From a virus (taxonomy: Duplodnaviria > Caudoviricetes): a DNA stretch of 64,000 bases. Shown one piece after another: positions 47,001-56,512 of the stretch (position 1 is its first letter; every line of letters begins with the position of its first letter). The stretch lies in the IMG/VR virus record IMGVR_UViG_3300032893_000039, positions 1,820 to 65,819 of that record; one strand, given 5' to 3'. A program made the position numbers and the translations under genes. The notes beneath the pieces are model-generated. The model was not told where the DNA came from. It was given only the letters and a program-made list of their open reading frames with translations, and searched no databases.

Positions 47001-48686
47001 GTGAAGGATAGAGTTTACTTAGGCGAGGCCGGCGCGCAACTTCATGCAATGTTCAAGGGCGCGCAAGATGGTATTAGAGCCGGAGCAGAGGCACTCCGAA
47101 CCGGCCAAAGCCCCCTACTCCCCGGCGAAAAAGTTCGCGGCGGCTTCAATTACAGCAATAACCCTATTATTCAAAATTGGGCTTATAAGAAGGCAGTGGC
47201 TGAAGGATTGGAAGGGGAGAAGTTGCAGGCGAGGATGAGTGAATTGATGAAGAAGCCCGACTTTACTGCGCCAGAAGCGTTGCTTGGGGAGGCTGTGTCA
47301 TATCCGGGGCGTAGTGTTTCGGCCATTCACTCTTTCTTTAAGTCACTTAGGTATGAGCAGAATATTGCGGGATTGGCATATAGGACAGCGACGAAGGAAA
47401 GGTTAACTGGTAATGCCTTTGATCGGCGTGTTGCGGAACTTACTCAACGCCCCACTGTAGAAATGATGGCGGAAGTTACAAAGAATCAGCCGGATCTTCT
47501 TCCTCCTGGCCTTCGTGAAAACATCAACGATGCTACCAACGATGCTCTAAAAGAACTCTATATGCGCCAAACTGACTACGGTACAGCAATGTATCACCTT
47601 GCCGCTGCGGTAAATATGACGCCGGCCGCAAAAGTAATTATGCCTTTTTTGAAGATTGGTACTGAGATTATTAACGAGGCGATTGAATATTCGCCGGCGG
47701 AACTTGTGAGGACTGCATATAGTCAAGAAGCTAGGCAGAATTTATTCGGCGCGGGCGCTAAATCAGATATTGCTAGAGGAAAAGTAATTTTTGGTACGGC
47801 GCTCATGGGGGCAACTTCCCTTGGAGTTCTAAGTGGCATCATCACTGGCGACGGTCCCAGTAATCCAAGAGAGAGAGAAAACTGGCTAAAGTTGCACAAG
47901 CCTAATCACATCACCGTTGGAAATATTTCCATTCCTTATCAAGGTCTCGGCCATCTTGGTATGGTTATGAGATTTGCTGCTAATGTGACTGATACTGTAT
48001 CTGGCTGGGACGAGAAGGAAGGCAGCCAGATTGCGGGCGAATTTTTCCATGATATTACTAGGTCGGTACTAGATGAAAGCTGGATGCGCGGCGCTCATGA
48101 TATGATGGAAGCTATGTATGATGAGAAGGGGCCAACAGCAGCGAGATTTATTCGTAGTTTTGCTACTAACTGGCTCCCTTACTCTGTCGGCCTCAGTCAG
48201 GTCGCGCGGGCGATTGACCCTTATCAGAGGAAGGTTGACGACCTCGGTTCAGAGAACTTATGGGGCATACTAGATGCAGCCCAGCAAAAGATACCTCTGC
48301 TTAGTATGCAACTTTTACCTCGTCGAGATAGCTATGGCGAGCCGATGGATAACAGTGTTGGAAAGTATAGAAATGATCCAACGACGCTGATGCTTGATGA
48401 TTTGCAGACTGGAATAGGTTACCTTCCGAAGAAAATTGCAGGGGTCGGGCTTGATGAGCATCAATATGATGACTATCAAAGAATCGCCGGGCGCTATACT
48501 AAAGCCCTGCTCGATGAACTATCCTCCAATCAAGACTTCTTAAAAATGAAGCCCGAGGCACAAATTGATGTAATTAATAAGGCCATAGGCCAAGCGCGGC
48601 GCGGCGCTCAAAATGCAATGTTTGCGCAGTATCCAAGTATTCTTGAAGAAGCCACCGCCAACGCCCAACAAGACATTGAGGAATGA
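44058..48686 (+). CDS. large internal virion/ejection protein
   Basis: 1542 aa; ADASTFIHEMGH, HEKWARAFERYL; ALISGPLTH; position. Confidence 0.75.
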   Translation: MDGSQDLPFGPRPDQGNSSLPFGPRPAETQVDPLGQLPEESFYNDFTNAGAHVLKAMVGAGAAGLSEDQFSGPVQEELRKAKVIGPQSGQGSIVQQFNETVLKPLIMTGELGARIMQAGFGAYQTGAITAGEEAGAPALGRDVALLPEASLGFGHLGVITKARELSIIGAEGEKPVQGMREPPLPKLESTLPLEPDTAPKPTNVHELARQIDPDTFKVFDALQQRNEVLREQLSSLAEARGEVKPSPEAQALQDKADGILAKVNGVEARLTKKQATVLEDVRKQIAEAPSEQVDTPEMAEVRSQIQKNDYQMRDMALQISNAYDAAREQMPEVQPQPAPVEAVKEEAAPEVPKEILSSKGEVISTPQMVSDISSDVSQKLQAVGRPANEADLAAQLVALHYETRAKFFDGAKGSTADLYKNEGFDITGTSTKELPKPPEDLSFDQSGKILQGKTAFTNAKTIVKLFKSADASTFIHEMGHVWLNELMNDAKDEAAPQELRDMASAARKWMGVSEDLDMSVRSKVVTAAHEKWARAFERYLYDGEAPTPGLVKLFTQFREWLGEIKNKIARLAPISNEVKDIFDKLITPNPERQPVGKIEPIGKTLADIHEADAKAATPQTAGHIGDLVHSEIRETVKNHPNLERAVNGPEPGLERGTGSSNGNEIAKPGSEHTEPGGTATTAAPSEVSRGVSATEGKGEGGEGAAAGAQPAVKVEEPSTGVETHGATDERGHFTKSDSMYLNKAGNIRQDTLNAPDDIFKAAQDAAAANGNFMPARRGKLSLAEQKMLADDLGIDVIDSWKVGDAFNSSEILYVRDAFIDAATVVRDSMAKASETGNPADVAAFAKARARLIMIQEVLSGVTAEAGRALAAFRNVQMYRDARALSDFLRDTQGMDLFQMMEMAERGKGLKDTHQLSKFLQDSLKPDFSQRMIYYYVNALISGPLTHLRYSIGNAINAVARPLAVIPIAAAQGAVREALGFEVKDRVYLGEAGAQLHAMFKGAQDGIRAGAEALRTGQSPLLPGEKVRGGFNYSNNPIIQNWAYKKAVAEGLEGEKLQARMSELMKKPDFTAPEALLGEAVSYPGRSVSAIHSFFKSLRYEQNIAGLAYRTATKERLTGNAFDRRVAELTQRPTVEMMAEVTKNQPDLLPPGLRENINDATNDALKELYMRQTDYGTAMYHLAAAVNMTPAAKVIMPFLKIGTEIINEAIEYSPAELVRTAYSQEARQNLFGAGAKSDIARGKVIFGTALMGATSLGVLSGIITGDGPSNPRERENWLKLHKPNHITVGNISIPYQGLGHLGMVMRFAANVTDTVSGWDEKEGSQIAGEFFHDITRSVLDESWMRGAHDMMEAMYDEKGPTAARFIRSFATNWLPYSVGLSQVARAIDPYQRKVDDLGSENLWGILDAAQQKIPLLSMQLLPRRDSYGEPMDNSVGKYRNDPTTLMLDDLQTGIGYLPKKIAGVGLDEHQYDDYQRIAGRYTKALLDELSSNQDFLKMKPEAQIDVINKAIGQARRGAQNAMFAQYPSILEEATANAQQDIEE

Positions 48687-48698
48687 AAGGGATTTGTT

Positions 48699-48944
48699 AT
48701 GATATTTCAATATATTAATAATCACGCCGTGGATTCCGTTTCAGGTGTTGTGCCGGCGGCAGTGGTAACTACTATGCAATATACCCAACAAGTGCCGGAT
48801 GGGTTAGTATACCTAACCTATGCGGCGGCGGCTTCGACACTATTACTAAACGTACCCAAGATTTGGAAAGGGTTCAAGGAAATGGTTAAGAAGGATGAAG
48901 TTGAAAAAAAATCTGAATGCTGTAAAGAAGAGGAGAGTGAATAA
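48699..48944 (+). CDS. putative holin/antiholin
   Basis: Hydrophobic segment and charged C-terminus, coupled to endolysin. Confidence 0.5.
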   Translation: MIFQYINNHAVDSVSGVVPAAVVTTMQYTQQVPDGLVYLTYAAAASTLLLNVPKIWKGFKEMVKKDEVEKKSECCKEEESE

Positions 48945-49363
48945 TGGCTGGCGATAGAGTAATTACTGCAATGACGGTGCTGTGCGAAGCAGACAGTGAA
49001 AGTGATGTCTGCAAGGCATGGATTGTTTGGACTATTTATAATAGGGTGAAATCTGGCAGGTGGGAAAAGACCATGGCTGGGGTTTGCCTACAGAGGATGC
49101 AATATTCGGAATGGAATGCTGATAGGGGAGATAATGCTAATCTGGAGAGGGTGGCGAATCTGAGTGAGAATGATCCTAATTGGCATGGGGCGCTTGCCTT
49201 GGTTGATGCAGTAATGGAAGATATAGCGAGTGGTGTTCCCGATCCTACCAATGGTGCAACGCACTTCTTTGCCAATACCATCTCCCCTCCCGCCTGGGCC
49301 GCCGCACCTGCTACCCTCACTGGTCAACAAGGCAAAGTCCTTTTCTACTCCAACGTACCATAG
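48944..49363 (+). CDS. endolysin, SleB/Hydrolase_2 cell-wall hydrolase family
   Basis: TVLCEA, TIYNRV, QYSEWN, DPTNGATHF, PAWA, LFY. Confidence 0.88.
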   Translation: MAGDRVITAMTVLCEADSESDVCKAWIVWTIYNRVKSGRWEKTMAGVCLQRMQYSEWNADRGDNANLERVANLSENDPNWHGALALVDAVMEDIASGVPDPTNGATHFFANTISPPAWAAAPATLTGQQGKVLFYSNVP

Positions 49364-49372
49364 GAGATATAA

Positions 49373-49645
49373 ATGGATGTGAATAATAATAACCACCTAA
49401 CCCTGGCCTTTGGAATCATGATAACTATCAGTTTCTTTGGCCTTGTACTTATCCTTTCTTTTCACAGCGTGCCTGCGGAAAATAAAGATATTTTGGTCGG
49501 CGCGACTGGCATAGTATTTGCTGCGTTCAGCGCGCTAACACAGAAGATCTTGGGCATTTCGCCCAAGAGTGCCAGCGGATTGGAGGCCGGGCAAGGCGCG
49601 CCATCAAGCCCTTCTTCACCGCTACAACCAGGAGTAAAGTCATGA
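49373..49645 (+). CDS. putative holin (2 TM)
   Basis: Two hydrophobic helices around VPAENKDIL. Confidence 0.65.
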   Translation: MDVNNNNHLTLAFGIMITISFFGLVLILSFHSVPAENKDILVGATGIVFAAFSALTQKILGISPKSASGLEAGQGAPSSPSSPLQPGVKS

Positions 49646-49926
49646 CTATTGAAGAGTTTGCAGAAGCAGCGAAGGCGAAGATTGCAGAGTTGCAGCAGGT
49701 TATTGCAACGAGCAGCGCGACGCTGGAGAGTCTGAACGGGCAAGTTACGGCAGTACAGCAGGCAATTAATGATGCTAATAATTTGCTCAGTCAGCATCAA
49801 AATGCATTGGGGCAGATTGAAAGTATTGCGCCGGAAGTCCGGGCGGTACTTAATGCCTTGTTCCCACCACCGACCCCCGCTGCGGAGCCAGCCCCTTCCC
49901 TCCCTTTAGATGGACAAGTATCATGA
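49642..49926 (+). CDS. coiled-coil protein in lysis cassette
   Basis: Heptad Q/A-rich helix; GGAG SD. Confidence 0.55.
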   Translation: MTIEEFAEAAKAKIAELQQVIATSSATLESLNGQVTAVQQAINDANNLLSQHQNALGQIESIAPEVRAVLNALFPPPTPAAEPAPSLPLDGQVS

Positions 49927-50219
49927 AGAAGCTCTTTCTGCTCAGTGTTCTTTGCATCAGTCTCACGGCTTGTAAGGGTACGGATTATCTTGCTGATGTT
50001 ACAAAGGATACCCACTCCGGGTGTTTTAGTGGCAGCACCAATTATCTTGGCTTTACCGAAAATATTACCTACGTACATCTTGGCGATAATTCCGCCGCGA
50101 TGAATGCCAGCCCGAGTTGTTCTGGAATCACACAGGCGTCCGGGCCACTTCCTAATAGTAGTGGCAGCGGAATTATACCAGTGAGCCCGGCCCCGGTCGG
50201 AAAGCCTTCAAGTCCATAG
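49923..50219 (+). CDS. lipoprotein, possible outer spanin
   Basis: MKKLFLLSVLCISLTAC lipobox; Pro-rich tail. Confidence 0.65.
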   Translation: MKKLFLLSVLCISLTACKGTDYLADVTKDTHSGCFSGSTNYLGFTENITYVHLGDNSAAMNASPSCSGITQASGPLPNSSGSGIIPVSPAPVGKPSSP

Positions 50220-50247
50220 GTATCTCTCTTCCTTCTTTCTTCAACTA

Positions 50248-50278
50248 AAGCCCCTGAAAAACCAGGGGCTTCTCTTTT
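50248..50278 (+). terminator. intrinsic terminator
   Basis: AAGCCCCTG-N6-CAGGGGCTT-CTCTTTT. Confidence 0.65.
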
Positions 50279-50294
50279 ACGAAAGGAGTATGAT

Positions 50295-51257
50295 ATGACT
50301 GCTAAAAAGGCGATAACTATATCTGATGAGGAATTTATCTCGAAGATAGAGATGTGGGGGACATTGGACACTGCTACAGCGTTAAGTGTCCACGAAAGGA
50401 CAGTGGAGAGACACAGGTGGATATTGGAGAAGAAGTTGGGAAGGAAAATAGTTCCGGGGAATAGGAGATATAGGCCACTTATGCAAAGCTTTTCCTTCCC
50501 TCCATCATATCAATTGAATGTTAGTGATGGATATGTAGTGATATTTAGTGATGCCCACTATTGGCCGGGACATATTTCCACCGCGCATAGGGGACTATTG
50601 GCAGTGTTGAAGGATCTTGGAAAAGAATGTAAGGCAATAGTTTGCAACGGCGACGCCCTAGACGGGAATACTATCTCCCGTTTCCCTCCCATGAACTGGG
50701 ACCATCGCCCGACCTTGAAAGAAGAGTTAGAAGAGGTGCAGGCACGGCTAGGGGAAATTGAGTTGTGTGTGCCGAAAGTGCCGAAGATTTGGCCGATCGG
50801 CAACCACGATATGCGCCTGGAGATGCGGCTGGCTTCAGAACTACCAGAATTCGCCGGCGTGATGGGAACGAAGCTGAAAGATCACTTCCCAATGTGGGAG
50901 CCTACTATGTCAATCAAGGTTAATAATGACACCATGATAAAACATAGATGGAAGGGCGGGATACATGCGAGCTTGAATAATACTAAGGAAAGTGGCCGGA
51001 ATATCATAACTGGGCACACTCATAAGTTAAATGCAATACCTTTTACTGATTTGAACGGGACGAGGTTTGGGGTGGAAAGCGGGACGCTTTGTGAAATATT
51101 TGCACCCCAGTTTGCCTATATAGAAGATTCGCCACGAAACTGGATTAGCGGTTTCGTGGCGTTGAGGTTTTGGAAAGGGAAATTACTTTGGCCGAGACTG
51201 GCGCGGGTTATTGAGGATGGGGTGCTAGAGTTCGAGAATAAGGTATATGAGGTTTAG
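50295..51257 (+). CDS. calcineurin-like metallophosphoesterase with N-terminal HTH-like segment
   Basis: SDAH, NGDALD, GNHD, KH, GHTH. Confidence 0.88.
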   Translation: MTAKKAITISDEEFISKIEMWGTLDTATALSVHERTVERHRWILEKKLGRKIVPGNRRYRPLMQSFSFPPSYQLNVSDGYVVIFSDAHYWPGHISTAHRGLLAVLKDLGKECKAIVCNGDALDGNTISRFPPMNWDHRPTLKEELEEVQARLGEIELCVPKVPKIWPIGNHDMRLEMRLASELPEFAGVMGTKLKDHFPMWEPTMSIKVNNDTMIKHRWKGGIHASLNNTKESGRNIITGHTHKLNAIPFTDLNGTRFGVESGTLCEIFAPQFAYIEDSPRNWISGFVALRFWKGKLLWPRLARVIEDGVLEFENKVYEV

Positions 51258-51994
51258 GACTTATCTCCATTCCCAAACACACTACTAAGATGTTCAAGGG
51301 CCGGAATGTATGCGTCAGTGATACTATGGTCTTCTGGAAGTAAGCCGCCCGGCCATTCTTTCTCACTGATATAGGCAAAGTTCTTGGGCTCGATGTAGAG
51401 GATGGACTGACCCGGAGGTTGCCGCCATGGTGTTTCATTCATCAAGTCCCAAGGCCAAGCGGCCCATAGATCACGCTCATAAATGCAAGTAATGTCGCCG
51501 GCCTGCCAGTACTTTTGCCAGAAGGCGGTCGAGGCGAACTTGGGCGAGGCGAAGGTGACAATTTGGGCGATACGGAAGGAAGGGAGGAAGTACCGAGCAT
51601 AGCGGGCGCGCGAGCCAAGGGAATGCCCCTCGATGAAAAGTTTCGCCCCATTGGATTTCTCCGCCGCCCACTCGAAGAGTTCCTTACAACCCCGCCACGG
51701 CCCGGTTGGTACTACTATTCCCGGTTCAATTTCCAATTGGGTGGTGTCAATGTCATCATAAAGGTCTCCGAGCTTTTCTATAGGAGTACCGTCCGAAAAG
51801 CGCGTGCCGGAGATGGTAAGATAAGTATAAGGGTCATCGGATACTCCAGAAGAAAGTACTGCCTTGTGGTCGTCGTTTGCATATGTGTCAATGACGGTGT
51901 GACCTAAGGATGTAAAAGCAGCAGTCATTTTATCGTGGTCTTCAATGTAAACTGCCGCACAGCGCCGGGCGCTTTGAAGAAGGGTGGTGAACAT
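51254..51994 (-). CDS. class 3 lipase-like alpha/beta hydrolase
   Basis: ISGT, IEGHSLG nucleophile elbow, TFASPK, C-terminal DH. Confidence 0.8.
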   Translation of the reverse strand: MFTTLLQSARRCAAVYIEDHDKMTAAFTSLGHTVIDTYANDDHKAVLSSGVSDDPYTYLTISGTRFSDGTPIEKLGDLYDDIDTTQLEIEPGIVVPTGPWRGCKELFEWAAEKSNGAKLFIEGHSLGSRARYARYFLPSFRIAQIVTFASPKFASTAFWQKYWQAGDITCIYERDLWAAWPWDLMNETPWRQPPGQSILYIEPKNFAYISEKEWPGGLLPEDHSITDAYIPALEHLSSVFGNGDKS

Positions 51995-52011
51995 TTAGGT
52001 AACTCCTTTAT

Positions 52012-52338
52012 CTACTTCTGAATAATGATGTATGCCCTCATGCTGTCAAGATAATCTTCATACGCGCCGGCCTGTGCGTCAAGTAGTTCTTCACAGGCTC
52101 GGTCCTGTTCTTTCTCTGTCAACTCATATTCAACTTTATCCTCAACACCGACGGCAGTGATATCGTCAAAGTAAGATGACATAATTCCCACATCCGGCTC
52201 AGCGCGACAGTATTCGCCTGAGATTTCTACTTCAATGTCAATGTCTTCCTTTTCATAGGTAGGAATTCCTGCTGCATCGTAGGCAACAGGGTTATTGAAG
52301 GTACGGATGATGGTCATGGTTGTTGAGTTTCTGGTCAT
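52012..52338 (-). CDS. acidic hypothetical protein
   Basis: ORF track; AEPDVGI motif. Confidence 0.55.
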   Translation of the reverse strand: MTRNSTTMTIIRTFNNPVAYDAAGIPTYEKEDIDIEVEISGEYCRAEPDVGIMSSYFDDITAVGVEDKVEYELTEKEQDRACEELLDAQAGAYEDYLDSMRAYIIIQK

Positions 52339-52681
52339 TCTCTATTCACCATTCTAACAAATTTTCCAGCCAAGCTTGATACTGGAAATTGAGTAAACCA
52401 TTTTACAGTTTGTTTGTCAAAAATTGCAGTTGATTTGTCAGAAAATGGTTTAATTCGGTATCTTCTATATTCCATAAAATTATTCATTTCAATCACTCCA
52501 AATCTCAAGTTGAATGAATATTTCAGGAGCTTTACTGTAATTCTTCATGAGCCTTGACTAAGGCATTTTCTAAAGCTTTTCTTGCCTCGGAGATATTCTT
52601 TATATGTTCGTCGATGGTCATTTTACTTTTTGCTCCTATATTAAATTTTTCGACTTGTTTCAAACCAAATCAAATTGCATA

Positions 52682-53947
52682 TTATTCAATCCCAAATCTC
52701 GTTGAAACTACCAATGGAATAACACTAAACGTATCACTCGTTTCTTGCAAAAGGTCACTTTCCATCATCATATTGAGAATAATATTAACTTTCTCGCTAG
52801 GTACTCTATCTTTCAGAAAGCTGCGTACTGGCTCTTTTCTTACAGGATTGTTACCGTTCTTAGTGTAAAATGCCCAAACGAAGGTGTGGCACTCTTCCAT
52901 AACATCCTTATCGCTGCGCCCGAGCATAGCACGGAATACGTCCGGCATCAACGCCTCAATCTCTAATAGCCAATCTCGCGCCCGATTATAATCATCTACT
53001 CGGATAACAAGTTCTCCTCTAGCAGACAACGCAGCTACCATTGCAAGCTTGATGGTAAAAAAGGCTCGCCGAGAGCAATAATCTTCCAATTTACTATGTT
53101 TTGGGCGCGGCGGGCAGCCCTCTTCATCCCAAGCTTGTAGAATTTCGACTGCCTCCCTCTCCCACTGAAATTGACCACGCAGTACGGATAACTGAAACAA
53201 GTCATTCATCAAATCCTTTCTCTGTGCCCTCTTTCTCGCCTTCTCTTCATCACTCGTAGTAGTGAAATACTTCACCTTCACATCTTCGTCACTATATACC
53301 ATAAGCATGCGGCCCATAAAGCCCATTCCCCAAGCAACGTCAGGTAGTACTTCCCCCAAAGCCCGAGGCGTAGCCCCAATAAGAAGATTAAGACTAGGGT
53401 TGATAATATCAATATTAAGACCACCTGTGCGCCTCTTTTGCTGGAAAGACGGATAATTCGACCAAAGGGCCGTCATGGTAGTAATGAATGTATTGTCAAA
53501 AGTCTTTAAGAAAACCCCTAACTCTTCGGCAAAAACAGTGAGGTAAGAATATTGCTCCGTACGGCCATTAAAATCTTTGTATGCAAAGTTCTGCTGCATA
53601 GCGTCGGCAACTTCATCGATAAGGGAAGACGTAGTAACATCGTGTGAGCCGACCTTGATCTTTGCAGCCCCAACACTCGCACCCTTGCTACTGTATTCAC
53701 CACCAGATAAGTCGCGGAGCATCGTTTCGCCGACCTTGATGATTTCTTTGCCCTTGCCGGGGCGTGCGACCAGCATAATGAATTGGTTGGCGAAAGCCGG
53801 CTTGTCTTCAAGGGAGTTACTCCAAACACGGCGCTCGACGGCGGCGGAAATTAGGGAAATGGCAGTCCATTTACGAAATATCTCCGGCGACTTCTGCCCC
53901 TTTGTGTATCGTAAGAAGCGCTCTATCCAATCCTCGTTCCAACTCAT
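52682..53947 (-). CDS. DUF3987/YfjI-like AAA+ helicase
   Basis: SPEIFRKW, ARPGKGK Walker A, AEELGVFL, NPSLNLLIGATP, GFMGRML. Confidence 0.75.
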   Translation of the reverse strand: MSWNEDWIERFLRYTKGQKSPEIFRKWTAISLISAAVERRVWSNSLEDKPAFANQFIMLVARPGKGKEIIKVGETMLRDLSGGEYSSKGASVGAAKIKVGSHDVTTSSLIDEVADAMQQNFAYKDFNGRTEQYSYLTVFAEELGVFLKTFDNTFITTMTALWSNYPSFQQKRRTGGLNIDIINPSLNLLIGATPRALGEVLPDVAWGMGFMGRMLMVYSDEDVKVKYFTTTSDEEKARKRAQRKDLMNDLFQLSVLRGQFQWEREAVEILQAWDEEGCPPRPKHSKLEDYCSRRAFFTIKLAMVAALSARGELVIRVDDYNRARDWLLEIEALMPDVFRAMLGRSDKDVMEECHTFVWAFYTKNGNNPVRKEPVRSFLKDRVPSEKVNIILNMMMESDLLQETSDTFSVIPLVVSTRFGIE

Positions 53948-54025
53948 GATTATCCCTAAGAGATTTACCGAGCGTCCCCGGTAAAGAAGTATTATTTGCG
54001 CCCGGCGGCGCGGAGGGAGTGTTTT

Positions 54026-55537
54026 TCATAGGGATGTTTGTGGTTTCCATTTCTTTAGGCCGGATAGGTTCAGTCTTACTACATTACCTTTTTCGGCATT
54101 CTTTCTCACGATTTCTTCATTTGCAAAGTTACCCCAGTTATAGCCAATCTTTGCCTCTCCTGGAACTATCAATTCATGACCATTATGCGTTAATCGAATA
54201 TCAATTAATCCTAATGCTTTCTTAATAATCAAATCTTCATCGTCATTTTCATTTATGAGAAAGTAGATGGCATCGTGAACTTGGGCAAGGAGGCGAACTT
54301 CTGGCATGTGTTTCCAGATGCGCCACAAGGCTAGGTTCATTCTGTCAGCAGTGCTACTTTGCGGTGAGTAGGCAATGGCTTCGCGGAGAGTACTGGCATC
54401 GTTGGGCCGACCGAAAAAATGTCGCGTGCGGCCCCAAGGGGTGGTAATACTTTGGGTTTCCTCAAGTTGTTCTTGAACCCACCTATGCCATTGAGGCATT
54501 CCGAAGGCGTTGTAATATACTTCCTGGAACGCCTCACAAATTCTTACCTCAATCTTGGCGTGCTTTGCAAGGGTGTATGGAGTACCGGCATAATTACTTC
54601 CGTGGCCAAGTTTCTTACACATGAAGCGATAGTCTAGGCCACGATAGAAAGGTGTTTCAGCAATCTCGCGGTCCTTCTTTTTGTCGCCGGTCCATGGTAG
54701 TTCAGGCCAAACCATTTGGGCGACTTGAGTGTGTAAGTCGCCAGCATAGCAGGCATTAAGATAACGCCAGTCATCAAAAAGAATTCCCAGTAACCATCCA
54801 ACCTCTCTACTTTCCGCTTGCTCCAAGTCTATTCCGCAGAGTTTCCAGCCTTTATCTGCGACAAAGATGTGTCGCAAATCAGCGTCAATGTTTTGTATAT
54901 TTCGTCCCGTATCTTCAGAAGAAGCACTACTTGACCAACGTCCAGTGGAGGTTCCAGCGATGTTAAAACTAGACCGCATTCGTCCATCGTTATCGATATC
55001 GGTTTGGAAAACTTCTCGCTGTTTAACCAAATCTCTAATCTGCAATATGCAGGATAAGACGGGTCGGGCGATGAGATAGTCATCAAGTTTCTCCAGGGCT
55101 TCTCTATCTGTACTAAGTTTCTTCACGCCCTTGTCATTTTTCCACTGCTCGGGCAGATGCATGGCGGAGTAGAGAAAGTCTTTTAGCTGCGCGGGCGAGG
55201 CCGGGTTAAGGGAGACGGTATTTTTATCCTTATCCTTAAAAGTCTTGTCCCAAATGGCCGAGGCGAAAGTTTGAAGGATGAAGGTAAGACGCTCGATCTT
55301 TTTGTTTAGCTCGGAGACGCCCGCGATGGCCGCGCCTCGATCTACTTTCCAGCCGCGTAGCATCATATCTAGGGCAGGCGCTTGCAAGGCGCGTTCGAAG
55401 GCGTAGATTGGGTTGTTAGAGTTTGACGCTAATGCTTCGAAAATTTCAAGTGTTAGACAAGAATCTAGGCCGTTATATACTTGGTGAACGGCGGGCGGCG
55501 TCTCGGAAGGCTTGAGGTCGGCGGTTTGGATTATCAA
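54026..55537 (-). CDS. family A DNA polymerase (polymerase domain plus ExoIII motif)
   Basis: YNGLD, TSTGRWSSS, NIQNI, DLEQAESR (motif A), RFMCKKLGHGSNY (B), QVHDA (C). Confidence 0.93.
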   Translation of the reverse strand: MIIQTADLKPSETPPAVHQVYNGLDSCLTLEIFEALASNSNNPIYAFERALQAPALDMMLRGWKVDRGAAIAGVSELNKKIERLTFILQTFASAIWDKTFKDKDKNTVSLNPASPAQLKDFLYSAMHLPEQWKNDKGVKKLSTDREALEKLDDYLIARPVLSCILQIRDLVKQREVFQTDIDNDGRMRSSFNIAGTSTGRWSSSASSEDTGRNIQNIDADLRHIFVADKGWKLCGIDLEQAESREVGWLLGILFDDWRYLNACYAGDLHTQVAQMVWPELPWTGDKKKDREIAETPFYRGLDYRFMCKKLGHGSNYAGTPYTLAKHAKIEVRICEAFQEVYYNAFGMPQWHRWVQEQLEETQSITTPWGRTRHFFGRPNDASTLREAIAYSPQSSTADRMNLALWRIWKHMPEVRLLAQVHDAIYFLINENDDEDLIIKKALGLIDIRLTHNGHELIVPGEAKIGYNWGNFANEEIVRKNAEKGNVVRLNLSGLKKWKPQTSL

Positions 55538-55884
55538 AACTCAATCTCCTCTACTACTGCCTTCTTACCCTCACTTACGCTAGTCTTTGCCACCTGTGTA
55601 GTAAGTTCTTTTTGCTTGAATTCGGTTGGCATGTCACACATTTTTATTAAGAAATCTTCGGGGTCATTTTCGTATGAATTAATAAGGTCATGAACTAATC
55701 GGGAATCTTCTACTGTCATTGACCACTGTTTAAATTCATTATACCCGACCGGAACATTTATATACAAGTACCAGCCGCCGAGGGCGCGCGGGACGAAAGA
55801 GAGGACCGGCACGATGCAGGGCACTAAGATTAGTAATAGTGCGCCTCGGTCGTTGCGCGGGCGGGAGGGGTCATGGAGGTTCAT
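55534..55884 (-). CDS. hypothetical protein
   Basis: Coupled to PolA start. Confidence 0.55.
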   Translation of the reverse strand: MNLHDPSRPRNDRGALLLILVPCIVPVLSFVPRALGGWYLYINVPVGYNEFKQWSMTVEDSRLVHDLINSYENDPEDFLIKMCDMPTEFKQKELTTQVAKTSVSEGKKAVVEEIEF

Positions 55885-56105
55885 TTATTTAGTAATTTCT
55901 CAGTGCAAAAGTGGGAGTTGTGATCTCTTGCAGGAACTCCACAAATTAGGCATGGAATATCTAACCAATTACTATCTCTATTTGGATAAACAATTTGTGT
56001 TTTATTATAAATTTCACAATGACCTTTTTCAAAGTGATTTTTTAGTCCAATTAGGTCAAAATCATCTTCATTGCAAAATGGACATTTAATATTTTCTGTC
56101 ATCAT
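55881..56105 (-). CDS. small Cys/His zinc-finger protein
   Basis: CPFC...H...HC and CLICG...H...HFC. Confidence 0.6.
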   Translation of the reverse strand: MMTENIKCPFCNEDDFDLIGLKNHFEKGHCEIYNKTQIVYPNRDSNWLDIPCLICGVPARDHNSHFCTEKLLNK

Positions 56106-56512
56106 TCATCCGCCTTACTGCTAAGTTCCTTCGCCCGGACCCTTCTCAGTAACTTCCATGATGCCTCGTTAGTATAAATGCTTCCAAGAAAACCCAATCC
56201 CTTTTGCATCTCGGGTAAGATGGAATGATGCAATAGCATAGTATCATGAAGCACATTCACCGGGCGAAATCCAAATCGGAATAAATATTGAAGATCATAC
56301 ATTCCGTTCTGGAAGAGTTTCGGAATCGGCAATTCCAAAAGTTCCTTAACCAACATCCAAGCTTCAACTTCTTCTTCGACTGTCGGCCAGTAGTTTCCGC
56401 TGGGAAGTGACTCATCGTAGAATGGAATTACAAGGGCCAAGTCGGGCGAGACGGCAAAGCTTATCATTGTGATTTGCTTGCCCTTCGTCTCGATATCAAT
56501 TGCCATTATCAT
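56102..56512 (-). CDS. stand-alone 3'-5' exonuclease fragment (ExoI and ExoII motifs)
   Basis: AIDIET, FQNGMYDLQYL, HDTMLLHH...KGLGFLGSIYT. Confidence 0.85.
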   Translation of the reverse strand: MIMAIDIETKGKQITMISFAVSPDLALVIPFYDESLPSGNYWPTVEEEVEAWMLVKELLELPIPKLFQNGMYDLQYLFRFGFRPVNVLHDTMLLHHSILPEMQKGLGFLGSIYTNEASWKLLRRVRAKELSSKADE

